64,000 bases of DNA from Octopus vulgaris (Eukaryota): assembly GCA_951406725.2 (NCBI GenBank), contig OX597830.1, positions 57,660,001-57,724,000 on the forward strand, written 5' to 3'. Of the stretch, positions 1 through 14,054 are shown one piece after another. The position numbers were made by a program, and so were the translations under genes. Every line of letters starts with the position of its first letter. The stretch's first letter is position 1. The notes beneath the pieces were generated by a model, which saw nothing but the letters and a program-made list of their open reading frames with translations, did not search any database and was not told where the DNA came from.

Positions 1-988
1 TTCGTCAGCAGATTATAAAGCTTCGAAGGAAAGATAATTTAAGTATTGGATCTATTGCAAAGATTGTTAACAAGTCAAAAAGTAATGTACACGGTATTCT
101 TAAGGTCTACGATGATTGTGGTTCGTGTGAAGCAAGAAAGTTTACAGGTAGGCCAAGAAAAACGACCAAGAGAGAAGATCGTGCTATGGTAAAGTTGGTT
201 AAAAGGGACAGATTTAAAACTGCTGCTGCTGTTTCTCGGAAAATGAGCATTGTATTAAAGAAAACTTTATCTCGAAAAACTGTCTCGTCGTTTAGTTGAA
301 CATGACCTACAAGCAAGAGAACCTGCAGTGAAGCCACTGATCAGCTCCAAGAATAAAAAGTGTCGTCTTACCTTTGCAAACAAACATGTGTTGAGGTCTC
401 AAGAAAAATGGCAAACGGTGCATTTCAGTGATGAATCTAAATTTATGTTATTTGGCTCAGATGGGAAAAGGTACGTTCGAAGAAAAGTAGGTGAAAAATT
501 GTTGCCTAAATGCCTTAAGACTAGTGTTAAATTCGGTGGAGGAAGTGTCATGGTTTGGGGAATGATATCTGGAGATGGTGTGGGCCCTTTGGTGCAATTA
601 CATGGAAAGTTAAATGCAGGAGTTTATAAACAACTTGTAAAAGATCCTGTCTTGCCTGTGCTGAGAAATTCAACTAAGCGACCACCCATATTCATGCAGG
701 ACAATGCCCCATGTCACAAGGCTAAGGTGGTCATGAACTTCATGAAGGCTGAAAAGGTTATTGTTATGGATTGGCCAGCTCAAAGCCCAGATCTCAATCT
801 TATTGAAAATGTATGGAATATTCTAGAACGTTCGAAAGCCAGAAATCCTAAAACAACTGAGCAATTATGGAATGCCCTTCAGGAAGAATGGAATAAGATC
901 ACCCAGCAAGAAATTGAAAATTTAATTTCTCATGCAGTCAAAGATGTCAAAGTGTGATTGAAGCTAAAGGGCTTCACACTAAATATTA
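1..988 (+). pseudogene. Tc1-like DD34E transposase, frameshifted
   Basis: ORF 328-957 has FSDESKF, SVMVWG, FMQDNAPCH and WPAQSPDLNLIENVW. The upstream GRPRKTT HTH region and the C-terminal VIEAKGLHTKY* lie in other frames. Confidence 0.9.
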
Positions 989-1038
989 AATAATTCCAGT
1001 ATTCTCTGTCATTTTTTATTATTTTGTTATTTTTTCAA

Positions 1039-1265
1039 CCATTCTGATCATTTTGGCCGCCATGGGTTTTGCAGTAAATCACTAAATCATCCATAACTTT
1101 TGTATTATCCTCTCAAATTACACCAAAATCTCAGACAATAACAATACAATATTATATTCTATTTATTGTCTGTAAAAATTATAGAATATAAAACTACTTT
1201 GATAAAAATTTATACTTACTTTTCTGACGAAAACAATGCCGTTCTGAACATTTTGGCTGCAAATG
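1039..1265. repeat. IR/DR-type right terminal repeat of the Tc1 element
   Basis: Inner DR ccattctgatcattttggccgc (1039-1060) and outer DR ccgttctgaacattttggctgc (1239-1260) lie 200 bp apart, as in Sleeping Beauty/Minos-type ends. Confidence 0.75.
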
Positions 1266-1815
1266 TATATAACTAAAGTATACAGAAAAAAAATTGATAT
1301 TTTGTTTCTGAAAGTATCAGTAATGATGATGATGATGATGAATGAGTTTGACATGGTAAAGATACAGCGAGGAAACAGCTGTGTATCTCAGAGCTACAAC
1401 AGAGCAAGGAAAGTGAAAACAGGTAGGTCTATTAGATAACCAAGGAAGGTGGCCAAAAAAATACTAACCCCCAACTCATCATAGCATTTCCGTACAACAA
1501 AAAATTTATGTATAGATAACATGGAAAAATCTTTAAAACAAAAATGGGAATTTACAAGTTGAAAGAGTTAAAATTTGTATATCAAGACTTGAAATGAAAT
1601 CTAATATACTAACCAGCTTTGTTTTTATTTTTCACACCATTTAAATATATCTTTGCACCCTATTCTTACATGTAGATCAATAGATATACCAAAAAAGTTC
1701 ATAAAAAAACAAAACCAGTCACAAAAAATTTTTATCAAAAAAGCTTAACTGAATATCACAAAAAATTAGAACAAGTCATCAAAAGTCTAGTCACATATCC
1801 AAAGAAAGTAACCAA

Positions 1816-2140
1816 GAGTTAGCTGTGTGGTAAGAAGCTTGCATCCCAACCACATGGTTCTGGGTTCAGCCCCACTGTATGGCATCTTGGGTAAGTGTCT
1901 TCTACCATAGCCTTGGGCCAACCAAAACCTTGTGAGTGGATTTGGTAGATGGAAACTGAAAGAAGCCTGTCATATATGTGTGTGTGTGTGTCCACCATCA
2001 CTTGACAACCAATGTTGATGTGTTTACGTCCCCATAACTTAGCAGTTCTTCAAAAGAGACCAATGGAATAAGTACTAAAGGTGGTGCTCCAGCATGGCTG
2101 CAGTCAAATGACTGAAACAAGTAAAAACAATAAAAGAATA
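1816..2140 (+). mobile_element. tRNA-derived SINE family A (CORE-like, OR2-like)
   Basis: A/B-box head (gctgtgtggtaag...gggttcagccc), CORE-like ggcatcttgggtaagtgtcttc, tail gcagtcaaatgactgaaacaagtaaaa; matches 19944-20350. Confidence 0.8.
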
Positions 2141-3267
2141 AATATGCCAAGTCATGCATTTTGCTGCCATGTTATAGAGAATTTTAGATTAAGGCAATGT
2201 ACGTTGAAAAGTTCAAGACTCATAAATCAGACTTCTTGTGAAGAGAAAACAAACCAATAAAAAACCAGATTGGAAGACAATGATTAAATTTCAGTAAATA
2301 ATACTTAAAAGAATATGAAGTTTTATTTACAACCAAATCATTTGCTTCATTGAGGAATTAAGCAGGAAACTCAAGAAAACTGAATTGGCTCAGGTAAAAT
2401 GAATTGAGAAAGGCTATATACCAAAGCCATATAAAGAAAAAAAACTGGTCAAAATTCAGTAAGTGCCAAGGTTTCCCAAAAGCCTGTTTTAGAGATTCAT
2501 TTAGGATTAATTTTCCAATGATATTTCAGGGATCTTGTGTCACTTTTAAATCAGAGACCTTGTTCAACTGCTTGCAACAAAGAAAACACCACTAAACATA
2601 CCCATGGGCCAGGTGATGCTAAATAAGGCACCAGATTAAACCCATCAAAGAACAGTACTAAGTTCTGTTCAACAAATTTCACACAAGTGGACCTGGTCAA
2701 GACTATGACAGAAGACGCCCATATATACGATTCCACGTTGATTTCTCTAAGAAAATCAACCAAATATTTTTCTTTCATATACTAGTGCAACAAACATATT
2801 AAAACACCTCTGTACCAAAAACTACAGAAATAATTCACACATAAAACTCTTAGTAAACCTTGCATTTCAAAAGAAAACAAGAAATATGCCATGTGAATAA
2901 TATTCTCTTAAAAAACTCTTTGCTACAGTATTATATGAGGCTGATTACATCCACTCAAGTATGAAGCAGTGTAAAAATTTAAATTCACTGTAGTTGTCAT
3001 CCTTTAAGGGTGTGGCTGACAAAATAAATCTACAGAAAATCTAACATCAGAAATGCTTAAAAGTAATATTAGATTCTAAATACCTTACTGGAAGAAAATC
3101 TAATTTATTGAATAAACAAATTAGTTTTTTAGCATCTCAGTCATCTACTATGCAGAAAAAAGAACAAACTTCTATAAGGCAGAATACAATGTTAGAAAAC
3201 TGATTGGAAGAGGAACCCTACCAAGAATAACCAAACATACTAAAGTTACATGCTGCAATGGAAGTTA

Positions 3268-3418
3268 TCGTCATCGTTTAACGTCCGCTTTCCAAGCTGG
3301 CTTGGGATGGATGGTGAGCCAGAGGCTGCACCAGGCTCAATCTGATCTGGCAAAGTTTCAACAGCTGGATGCCCTTCCTAACGCCAACCACTTCGAGAGT
3401 GGAGTGAGTGCTTTTACA
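3268..3418 (-). mobile_element. RTE LINE 3' UTR fragment
   Basis: Reverse complement of the 3' end of the RTE at 10800-10980 (gcgttaggaagggcatccagctg ... gacgttaaacgatg). Confidence 0.8.
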
Positions 3419-4015
3419 TAAATTAAACAAAAACCACTGTGCAAGCAGCAATAAAGTGTTGGTCCAATCAGTAGAAACCTATCACAGGCAAAGTTTTCCA
3501 GTAACCAAAGCCACTGGAGTGAAATTTGGTAAAGAGAAACTAAAGAAGCCTGTTGGAGAGACGGCTGCTGTTCTTGGATGTTAGACTTTATCTGGTGTTA
3601 AAATAGTCAAGAAAATAATTCTGAAAACCTTGCGTAGACAAAAATCAAGTTAAAACAGAAAAAAATATAGAAGTAGAAACTTGAAGACAATTCAAGAATT
3701 AATAAGAAGAGGGCAGAAATAGAAACAAGTGTGGAAAATGGCACCGTAACATAAGAGTATAACAGAGAAATGTCTGGAATGAACAACTGCAAATGACAAT
3801 GCTAGAAACTTTCAAACTGATAATGTCTAAAAGTTCACAACCTATATCAGAAATATTGACAGTTTATTAAAAACGACCTAAAAATTAACCTGACAAATGA
3901 AACCTTTGCAGAAAGTCATAAAATGAGTTGCAGAATCAAAAGCAAATACTAAGTTACTGACCCTGACTAAATGTAATAGAATGCATTAAAATTGCTAATT
4001 ACATAGGCACCAATT

Positions 4016-4598
4016 TAAACCATTAGCATTTAAACCAGCCATATCCAGCCCAAATATTCTGTTTTATGCTCAATCTGACCAGATCTGGCTTCTACCTGAT
4101 ATCATTCTCAAGGTAATCACATTACTGACATCTCAAGCAAGATGTGATATTAAAGCCATTTTCGCCTAAATACAATTGTAGATACTGTGAAATTTTCCAA
4201 TGTTTCAAATAGAGATGGATTTTTTTGTTTTTGTAATTACTGATATAGCTTCAGCAATTACTGATTCTGACCTTGAAGGATTTACAAAATATGAAAAAGT
4301 AAATAATAGTGGCTTGTCTTCAGACGAATAAGATGTTTCTGAATTTTCTTCCGACAAGAAAGAGTATTTTGATAAGAAAATTGATGAAAACCTTCAAAAC
4401 ATCATTCGAAACTGGTTAAACAATACAACACTATTACATATTCCTTATTTTATCATGAATCATTGGTATTTATGCACCTTCTGACAAGAAATTTAAGTTA
4501 CAAATATTTTTGATGGCCCCTTTTTGAGCTTGATTAATTCAAAACAATGTGAATAAATAGCATTACATTTGACGGTAATTCCAAATACTAATAGGTTA
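4016..4598. mobile_element. Decayed TTAA-flanked MITE (piggyBac-type) with internal insertion
   Basis: Starts cattagcatttaaaccagcc and ends ...tactaataggttaa; related to 43488-43713 and 53226-53455. Confidence 0.5.
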
Positions 4599-5424
4599 AA
4601 AATCAATCCGATTTAAGGACTTCTATGAAGGAGGATCTGGTCAAAGTAGTTCTGCTACTAAGAACAGGATATTAATATTTGATTTAACTATCCCATTTAT
4701 TATATAAGGTTCCTTTTAGAAATTTTAAAGATACAAACTTTTGATATAATTTTTATTTCAAACGTTAACATTTTGGTGAGATTAAAGTATTGTTGGAATG
4801 TGAAATCGAAGTTATGAGTATATTTCTTTGAAAACAACTTGTGAAGTTGACTCAGGTGTTCAATCTTCTAGTTATTTTCTGTTGCAGTATGTTTTATACT
4901 TTATTATTTTTATATCATTTTACTTTTTACAGCTTTTTAATAAAAAAAATTTTATCTATATATATATCATGGAAGATGGACATTAAATGAGGATGATGAT
5001 TATATATGTATACATATCATGGCAGATGAATGTCAAACAACAATGAGATATATATATATATATATATATTTATTTATTTATATTGAGGGCATATATATAT
5101 ATATATATAATTTATATTAAGGGCATATTAAGGGAATAATTATAAATCTTTCCCTTATGAGGTTTTCACACTGACTACTTGATAAATTCTTATAAAGATT
5201 TTATCCTATTCTAAATTTATATATATATATAAACCACAATGGCATAGCAGCAACCTTTAACACTAAACAGGTTAAGGTGCCAAAAAGTATCCTGACAATT
5301 CACCTTGTCCATGTATGTTGTATACTTCCAATTATTAAGAAATATGGTAGGTCTAATTAAAAACAAGAACATCGAAATAAAGCTCCTGAAGGCATTAATT
5401 TTGGCCTGTTGCACCATTTCAGAT

Positions 5425-5690
5425 TTTGAAACAAGGTGCGACTGGAGAATGCTGAAGATCAGCTGGACTGACCATTAAACAAGACAGTCGATACCTGGGG
5501 AGGAAACAGAAAGAGAATTTTTAGCAACTGTTAGGAAGAGAAAGCCCAGAACCTCAGCAACCATAATCTAAGAGAGAAAAGTCACTGGAAAACAAGACTG
5601 AGAAGACATTAACTATACAACATCAAAGAATGAACTGGAAAACTCCAGGCTGAATGCTCAATTATAGCCACAGGCAGGAATTGATGGTGT
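5425..5690 (+). mobile_element. RTE-like LINE C-terminal fragment
   Basis: Translates FETRCDWRMLKISWTDH, matching the RTE FE..C.R.ML.I.W motif. Confidence 0.5.
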
Positions 5691-6004
5691 CTATATCCAC
5701 GATCCCTGGTCCTCAGCAATGTAGATGGGAATAAGCAAGGCAGTCATACAATTACAGAGGAATCAAATTTGTGGTACCATAAATCACAGTTGATTCCACA
5801 CTGCAACTTTTACAGCCATCATCACAAAATAAATGTTATAAAACATTGTTACGACATATACAAAGTGTATAGAATTGTAAATGAAATTGGAAGAAGCTAA
5901 AGGATACATCTAAGAGGCCAATAGAAAGAAAACTAGCAGCAAAAGCCACACGGCAAACATAGCTTGGAATGTGTAGGTCTTCAAAAAATATAACTCATAA
6001 TTTA

Positions 6005-6360
6005 GTTGTTCCAGTCACTGGAGTGTGGCCATGCTGGGCCACCACCTTCACTGGGCTTTAGTCAAACATATCAAACCCCACTACTCATTGTTTTAAGCCT
6101 GGTACTTTTGGTGAACCACTAAGTCATGGGGATATAAACAAACACCAATTATCAAGCAATAGACAGGAGGGGAAAATACCAAGATATTGAGGCACAGGTA
6201 TGGCCTAGCTAGGTTAAGAAGTTTGCTTTACAACAACATGGTTCCAGGTTTAGTCTCATTGTGTGGCACCTTGGGCAAGTATCTTTTATAGTCACCGGCT
6301 GACCAAAGCCTAATGAATGAATTTCGTAGACAAAAACTGGAAGAAACCAGTCATATATGT
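6005..6360. mobile_element. Two decayed SINE family A pieces (minus 6005-6170, plus 6190-6360)
   Basis: Similarity to the SINE A tail (reverse) and to the head/CORE (ggcaccttgggcaagtatctt). Confidence 0.6.
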
Positions 6361-6596
6361 ACGTATACGTGTTAATCTCCTTGCCTTCACATCACATACA
6401 AGTGGTGGCTATTTCCTATCTTCCAAGAAAATATGTCACGGGGAAAATGTTACCTTATTTGGCAGTAGAAAATCCACTTCAAAAAATTCTGTCTGGCCCA
6501 AAGTATAGAAAATGGACATTAAAATGACAATGATTATATATATACATATATATATATGCACACACACACAATACATACATATATATATATGTATAT

Positions 6597-7250
6597 ATGG
6601 TGGTTGTCTACTCCTTATGCAGAGTTTGGCCACCACCTGTACCTACACCTTAGAGCCATCATGGCATCTGATGTGGCTTTTTAAACCAGGCAATGTTCTG
6701 AAAAGACACCCACATAGATTGCACATCTGATTTGGACTACCAAGAGCTGCTGATTTTTGTGGATCTTAAAATGATTTTTGAGGCCTCCCTTAGATTTGCA
6801 GACCTGGCATACATTGCACTGAAAGGAGTGCACAGACATACAGACAGAATAGTTGGTGGAGGTTGGTTTTCCATGGGTTCACAAATGAGATTTGAGACCA
6901 GCAAAAGAAAGGTATGGTCTACCATAAACTGTGCACACAAAAGGGTCATTGCGATTCACCTTCTTGATTGTAACATTCTTCCTTAAAACTTGAGTCTTGC
7001 ATGCATTATCCTGGCCTCTTCAAACGCTTTCACTCCACTTCACTTTTGTTTGCCATCCAGCTCAGTCCGAAGCAAGGGTTTCTATGTCCTCTGGATCCAT
7101 TCCAAGTGACTTCATAGTAGTCTTTATGCCATCCTTAAACCTTTTTTTAGGTTTATGCTGCAAACTCACCATAAAACAGCTGTTTGGGTGTGAATTCAAC
7201 TGCCATTCATACAATATGGCCACACGATCTCATTTGGTTTCTGAAAATCA
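6597..7250 (-). mobile_element. RTE (BovB-like) LINE 3' end with C2H2-like tail
   Basis: Minus translation KQMRSCGHIV..PKQLFYGE, then a Cys/His-rich tail; homologous to 21975-22460. Confidence 0.7.
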
Positions 7251-7314
7251 TAACTTTAATTGAGGTGATGCCTGCAGATATATATATATATACTTACACA
7301 CATAAATATATAAA

Positions 7315-8560
7315 ACCTAAGTTTTAGTAAGTGGAAAGGCGGACAAATCACAAATCCCTTCAGGTAGCTGGCCCTGCTCGATCTGTAGAAAAGGTGTAGG
7401 TAGAAACTCCATAACATGTACTTGGTGCAAGCTATGGACACATAAGAGATGCAGCAATATCAAAGGAAGTTTAACTAGGAAGATAGTTTTCGTGTGTGGC
7501 AGATGCACAGATGCAATAAACACCAAAGATGTACAGAAAACAGATTCCGTCACCTGCTAGAGGGAAAAAACTAGAAATAGTTGATAGCTTCTGTTACCTA
7601 AATGACCATGTCAGTAGCGGTGGGCAGATGCTCTGAGAGTGTAGCTGCTAGAATAAGAGTAACCATGGCAAAGTTTAGAGAGCTCCTACCTCTGCTGGTA
7701 ACAAAGGGCCTCTCCCTCAGAGTAAGAGGTAAAGTGTATGATGCCCGTGTGCAAACTGCCATGCTACATGGCAGTGAAACATGGGCTGTAACATATGAAG
7801 GACATGCATGGGCTTGAAAGAAATGAAGCTAGTATGCTCTGCTAGATGTGCAATGTCAGTGTGCATACACATCAGAGTGTAAGCACCCTGAGAGAAAAAT
7901 TGGACACAAGAAGCATCAAACGTGGTGTGCAAGAAAGACCACTGCACTGGTATGGTCATGTGTATGGTTGAGGAGAGCTGTGTGAAATGTCAGACCCTGA
8001 CAGTGGAGGGAACTTGTGAAAGAGAGATACCCAGGAAGATATGGAATGAGGTGGTGAAGCATGACCTTCAAACATTGGGCCTCACAAAGGCAATGACAAG
8101 CAACCGAGACCTTTGGAGATATGCTGTGCTTGAGAAGACCCAGCAAGACCCAGTAAGCCAAATGAGATCCTAGTTGTAACTGGTGCCAGTGTCGCATAAC
8201 TGGCCCGTTTAAAACTACTCTTCAATTGTCAGGCAAAATGCCATGCTTGTGAAGACCTGTTGAACCGAGTGAAATCAGAGTCATGGCTGATGCCAGTGCC
8301 ACCTGACTGGTATGTAAAAAGCACCATTTGAGCATGGCCAATGCCAGTGCCGTCCGACTGGCTCCTGTACCGGTGGCACGTAAAAAGCACCAACTACACT
8401 CTTGGAGTGGTTGGCATTAGGAAGGGTATCCAGCTGTAGATACCTTGCCAAATCAAATTGGAGCCTGGTGCAGCTTCCTGGCTTGCCAGTCCTCAAACCG
8501 TCCAACCCATGCCAGCATAGAAAGTAGATGTTAAACGACAATGGTGATGATGATGATGAT
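7315..8560 (+). mobile_element. RTE LINE, 5'-truncated and decayed
   Basis: Collinear with 9690-10980: WPCSICRKG, AKFRELLPLLVTKGLSLRVRGK, LHGSETWAV, 3' UTR and (GAT)n tail. Confidence 0.9.
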
Positions 8561-8584
8561 ATATATATACATACACACATACAG

Positions 8585-9190
8585 AGGATTCAGTATAGCT
8601 TGTCTACCAAATTCACTCTCAAGACATTGGTTGGCTCAGGGTGTTTGTAAAAGACACTTGCTCAAGGTGCTGTGTAGCAGGACTGAACCTGAAACCATGT
8701 GGTTGCAAAACAAATCTCTTAACCATATATCCATGTGTGAACATTTTCAATATATTTATTTTCCAATTATAAATTATAATTCTATTATTAAGTTTCAATA
8801 TTGCACTTGTATACATAAAATATCTTCCTTTCCCCACAAAATTTTACACTTCCAATGAGGCCTAGCTGGATGCAATATGGCCATATTGCACTCCTTTTAC
8901 TGTGTAAAAAGAATTCATCCCCAAGAGACAATACACTCATTGGAAAATAGATGCACTCTTTCGATGTTTGATTTGGTTATTGAACTGCTAAGTTAAGGGA
9001 CACAAACACACCAACACCAGCTGCCAAGTGGGGTGGGGGACAAAAACAACACACAAACATATACAACAAGCTTCTTTCAACTTCCATCTACCAAATCCAC
9101 AAGGCTTTGGTTGGCCCAAGGAGCTACACAACAGAACTGAATCCAGAACCATTGTGGTTAAGCAAACGTCTTACAACAAAACCATGCCAT
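8585..9190 (-). mobile_element. Two decayed SINE family A pieces (8585-8740, 8960-9190)
   Basis: Reverse-complement similarity to the SINE A head (ggactgaacctgaaaccatgtggttg; tccatctaccaaatccacaaggctttgg). Confidence 0.6.
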
Positions 9191-9336
9191 TTAAGCTTTT
9201 TGATTATTATTATTATTATTATTATTATTCTGTATTTATATATCATATCTTTTCAATCTATCTCAACTCATCTAACAGTGTGTTGCTTGGAAATCTGGTA
9301 TTGTTATTGGTGAGATTGGAAGACATTTTGAAAGAC

Positions 9337-10980
9337 GTGGAAACTAGGGATAGATGAATGGCTGGTGATGAAGGGCTGTGCAAGCCATGTACAGAGATGC
9401 CGTAAGTAAGGTTAGGGTTGGCAACATGTACACAGAAGAATTCAAAGTAGAGGTTGGGGTCCACCAGGGTTCAGTACTCAGCCCCCTCCTATTTATCATA
9501 GTCCTCCAGGCAATTACGGAGGAATTCAAGACAGGTTGCCCCTGGGAGCTCCTCTACACTGACGACCTTGCTCTAATTGCTGAGTCACTATCAGAACTGG
9601 AGGAGAAGTTCCAGGTGTGGAAGGAGGGTTTAGAATCGAGGGGCCTTAGGGTCAACCTAGCTAAAACCAAAGTACTAATAAGTAGGAAGGTAGACAATCC
9701 ACAAATGTCTTCAGGAAGATGGCCCTGCTCGATCTGTAGAAAAGGTGTAGGTAGAAACTCTATAAGATGTACCCAGTGTAAGCTATGGGCACATAAGAGG
9801 TACAGCAATGTCAAAGGTAGGCTAACTGGGAAGATAGTTTTTGTATGTGGCAGATGCTCGGGAGCATTAACCTCCGAAAATCTGCAGAAAACAACTTCCG
9901 TCACTTTCCAGGGGGAAAAACTAGAAGTAGTTGATAGCTTCCGTTATCTAGGTGACCAAGTCAGTAGTGGGGGGTAGGTGTGCTGAAAGTGTAACTTCTA
10001 GAATAAGAATAGCCTGGGCAAAGTTTAGGGAGCTCTTACCTATGCTGGTGACTAAAGGCCTCTCGCTCAGAGTAAAAGGCAGACTGTATGATGCATGTGT
10101 ACAAACAGCCATGCTACATGGCAGTGAAACATGGGCCGTGACTGCTGAGGACATGCGTAAGCTCGTGAGGAATGAAGCCAGTATGCTCCGATGGATGTGT
10201 AATGTCAGTGTACATACTCGACAGAGCGTTAGTACCTTGAGAGAAATGTTGTACCTAAGAAACATCAGTTGTGGTGTGCAAGAGAGACGATTGCGCTGGT
10301 ATGGTCATGTGGCGAGAATGGATGAAGATAGGTGTGTGAGAAAGTGCCAATCCCTAGCAGTTGAGGGAACCCATGGAAGAGGTAGACCCAGGAAAACCTG
10401 GGACGAGGTGGTGAAGCACGACCTTCGAACTTTAGGCCTCACTGAGGAAATGACCAGCGACTGAGACCTTTGGAAATATGCTGTACGTGAGAAGACCAGG
10501 CAGGACAAATGAGCCCAGCCCACTCATGAATGCCTTTCCTCCCTTGGACACAAAGACCTCGATATAGAACCTCATCCGACGACAGGCACCCATGCCAACC
10601 CCCTTTGCTTGCGAAGACATGTTGGGGCAAGCAAAAGCGAAATCAAATTGAACCAGCCAGGATCCCTGGTCTGGTGGTACGTAAAAAGCACTATCCGACT
10701 CATGCCAGCGCCGCCTCGACTGGCTTCCGTGCCGGTGGCACGTACAATACACCAATCCGACCGTGGCCATTGCCAGCCTCGCCTGGCACCTGTGCAGGTG
10801 GCACGTAAAAAGCACCCACTACACTCATGGAGTTGTTGGCGTTAGGAAGGGCATCCAGCTGTAGAAACATTGCCAGATAAGACTGGAGCCTGGTGCAGCC
10901 TTCTGGCTTCCCAGATCCCCTGTCGAACCGTCCAACCCATGCTAGCATGGAGAACGGACGTTAAACGATGATGATGATGA
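9337..10980 (+). mobile_element. RTE-clade LINE, 5'-truncated, relatively young
   Basis: ORFs 9378-9977 (GVHQGSVLSPLLF, LLYTDDL, FRYLGD) and 9952-10464 (LHGSETW, RLRWYGHV, GRPRKTW), a ~500-bp 3' UTR and a (GAT)n tail. Confidence 0.95.
9378..10464 (+). pseudogene. RTE reverse transcriptase C-terminal half, frameshift near 9970
   Basis: RT motifs QG..LSP.LF and YTDD, a Cys-rich insert C..C...C..C..W.H...C..C, and RTE C-terminal motifs. Confidence 0.9.
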
Positions 10981-13900
10981 TTCACATAAGCTTCTTGGAA
11001 ACACTAATATTCTTCACAAGTGTAAAAACCAAAGAGAATTTATGATTTGAACTCAGAATGTAAAGAAAGGCAACCACAATATATTTTATCTGACACTCCG
11101 CTGATTCTGCTATCTAATCCACCAATATTATCATCATTTTAACATCTAATTCTCTATGCTTACATTCATCATCATTTAACGTCCATGTTCCATGCTGGTA
11201 TGGGCTGGACAGTTTGACAAAGAGCCAATGAGTCAAGGACTGCATCATACTCCAGTACCTGTTTTGGCATGGTTTCTACAGCTGGATGTCCTCTCAGACA
11301 AAACTTACTGGGACTGGTTTCCTACAGTTGGTCTCCCTATTGCCAGCTCTCAACTGCTTTCAAGCAAGGCAGTATTTTTGCTATTCCTTGAAACAATGAC
11401 CACTTCAAAATTTGCAAGAAATATTGCAAACAAATGGCAACTGTTTACAATCAGAATGCTAATGTCAAGAGGTTGATACAAACATGCACGCCTATACACA
11501 TGATGGAATTCTTACAGGTTCCATCGACCAAATTTTCACAAGGTTGAACTGGGAAGATAAAAGATACTTGCTTAAGGTTGCACAGTGGGACCGAAACCAA
11601 AATCTTGTGGTTGCAAGCAAATTTCTCCATCACACAGCTATGCCTACATGCAGTGCATGTGTAGTGTCGCAGCATTGCCACAGCTGAAGAGCTGAAACCC
11701 TTAAATATTTCCATATACTTATAAAATGCCAGGACAAAACCTCTGCAGCAGGAGAGCAAACATCTGTTTTAACTCACTGACTTGGCAGACTGAAGCCTTT
11801 CTTGAACACAATCCACCTGTTTGGCAGCCAGGGCACTGTGAAATGGCACTATTTATAACACCACCACATAGTATCTTTTTACATATGTGAGAACTGCACA
11901 AATTTGATGGTACTTACATATAGACTGATGTATGGCACAGCAACATGGTACATATTTACAGCTAAGTGGACTGTACCACCAGATGGAATCTATACTGTAC
12001 CATTCAGTGGTTATTTGTGGGAACTACCCCTTTCTCAATGTCACTGAGACAATAAGATGTAGATAGCTCTTATTTCAAATATTTGTATAGGCCTCCATCT
12101 GGCAGCTACTTGAAAACTTTGAGAGATGACAAGGTGAACTCCTTATCCACAGATCCATTCCTGCATCTTTGATGAAGGAGAATGTGACTCCTGATGGAAG
12201 TTACTGAGCAGTTTCTGCACATTTTCCATGTACTACTAAATTTCACCGAAGGTTTTGATTTCATCCATGTCCTTAAGTTAAAAAACATTTGCCCAAAGTA
12301 CTGCACATTAAACGAGAACCAGAAATGACACGATTGTAAATACCTCACTGCTTAATATTTGTCTTAGAAGCTATAAATCTTCAGTATGTGGCCTAAATGA
12401 CCATATAACAGGACTGCAACCTGAATCAAATATTAGAGCAAGTTTTTACTGATAACTACTGCTGAGTCACATCTCTTAGCATATTCTTCTAAACCATCCC
12501 ATTTTACCTATTAACTCATGTGAAAAATGAATCACCACTGATGCTTTACTGCCACACACTCCAATAAACAAAGTACTGAATTCTTTCTTCAAAACTGCTT
12601 TGTCTTGGGAATATTCTTGTCCACATTTTAAAATAACATTCAGATACATTCAACTTTTGAGTTGCTCGCCATTCCCTGACTTCAGAAAATCCTTCACAGA
12701 AAACCAGAGCTCATTAATTCCTCTCTGAAATTACTCACAGAAAAATATATAAATTCAAAAGTTAACAGTTCTCTTAACATATGGAAAAACAGCTGTTTGA
12801 GATTAGGAATAATACTCTGTATGAGTATAACAGATAATGATTAAAGAATATTCTATAGGTAAACTACAAGCAAAACGAATACCACACAAATAGCCAAAAT
12901 GTTAGAGTCCAAGTTGAAATGAGAAAAGTTTTGCCTTGTCCAAATGATTTATATATTCATGCATTTGGAGTCTTTCCAAAATCATCAGTGATGATGAGAA
13001 AACATTTGCCATTATGAATCAGCATTATTAGAAGCAAATGGCTTATAAAATCAACAAAGGTATGTCTATATGTGTGTTTGTATATGTATATTAATTTATG
13101 TTCAACCAATGGCTAAAGTATTAAGTCCTGGTGAATTAGTTTCATATTACACAGGAAATACAAATACAAAGTAAATTGCTCATATCTAACAAAAAGTGAC
13201 CATAAGTAATTTTTCTATTCTTTGAAAGAAAAGAGATCAAAATGGAATATTGAAGTGTGATATCAAGTTAATAAAGATAATTTTTTAAATTACACACAAG
13301 AAAAAAAAGCCAACACAGCGTCTGCATGCAAAAGCACATAAGACCTGATGAGATAGTTTAACGTTTGTTCCTGGGTGAGGTTGTTTGTTCCTGGCTGAGG
13401 TTGTTTTTGGGGTTTTTTGTACAAGTTTCGGTGACTTACCAAAAACCATTAAATGACTTCCTGCTTTTCTCTCTCATACACACACACACATACACGGGTG
13501 TGTGTGCATATATACACACACACATGCACTACATTAAATGAAAAGCATATTTGCCTTATACGCTACAAGAGATGCAATAGGTATCATAATTACTGTAACA
13601 TCCTTTTTTATACATACAAATATATTTTATCAGTGAAAATTCTGTATTTTCTTATGTTTCAAATAGAAAAGGAAATATAGTGCTCGTCCAATTTATATCC
13701 CCTAATATCGAAACTGAAGAACTTTGTCTCAGTAAACCAAGAAACCATTCCTTCGTGAAATTTGATGACAACTACATTTGGTTTTGGCAATAAATAGACT
13801 GACTTACAGAACAGATGGTGGAACCAAGAACAGATAACTAGCATGAATCAAGACTAAGAAGATCAAATAAATATTGAAATAAAACAAACGTTACATGTAA

Positions 13901-14054
13901 AACTTGTATCTCACAGAGATACATATTAAGTAGATTCTTTTTGCAAAAAAACCCATGCTTCAAATAAATACAAAATTGTTCGAATTAGAGTTTTATCACC
14001 TTCATCAGAAAAAAACATTTTATCTGCAACATTCCAGCGTTTATTTTATTTTAT

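Larger units (their letters stand above)
1..1267 (+). mobile_element. Tc1-family DNA transposon, 5' end cut off by window start
   Basis: Transposase remnant 1-988 followed by a right terminus ending ...ttttggctgcaaatg then TA (1266-1267), the Tc1 end plus TA target site. Confidence 0.9.

Noticed and set aside
12320-12370. CK2alpha exon 2 (minus-strand SEVF)
   Set aside because: Only four residues match and the context lacks GRGKY and NQDDY.
11700-12800. Decayed transposase/LTR-RT
   Set aside because: Coding-like texture but no motif I can assign.
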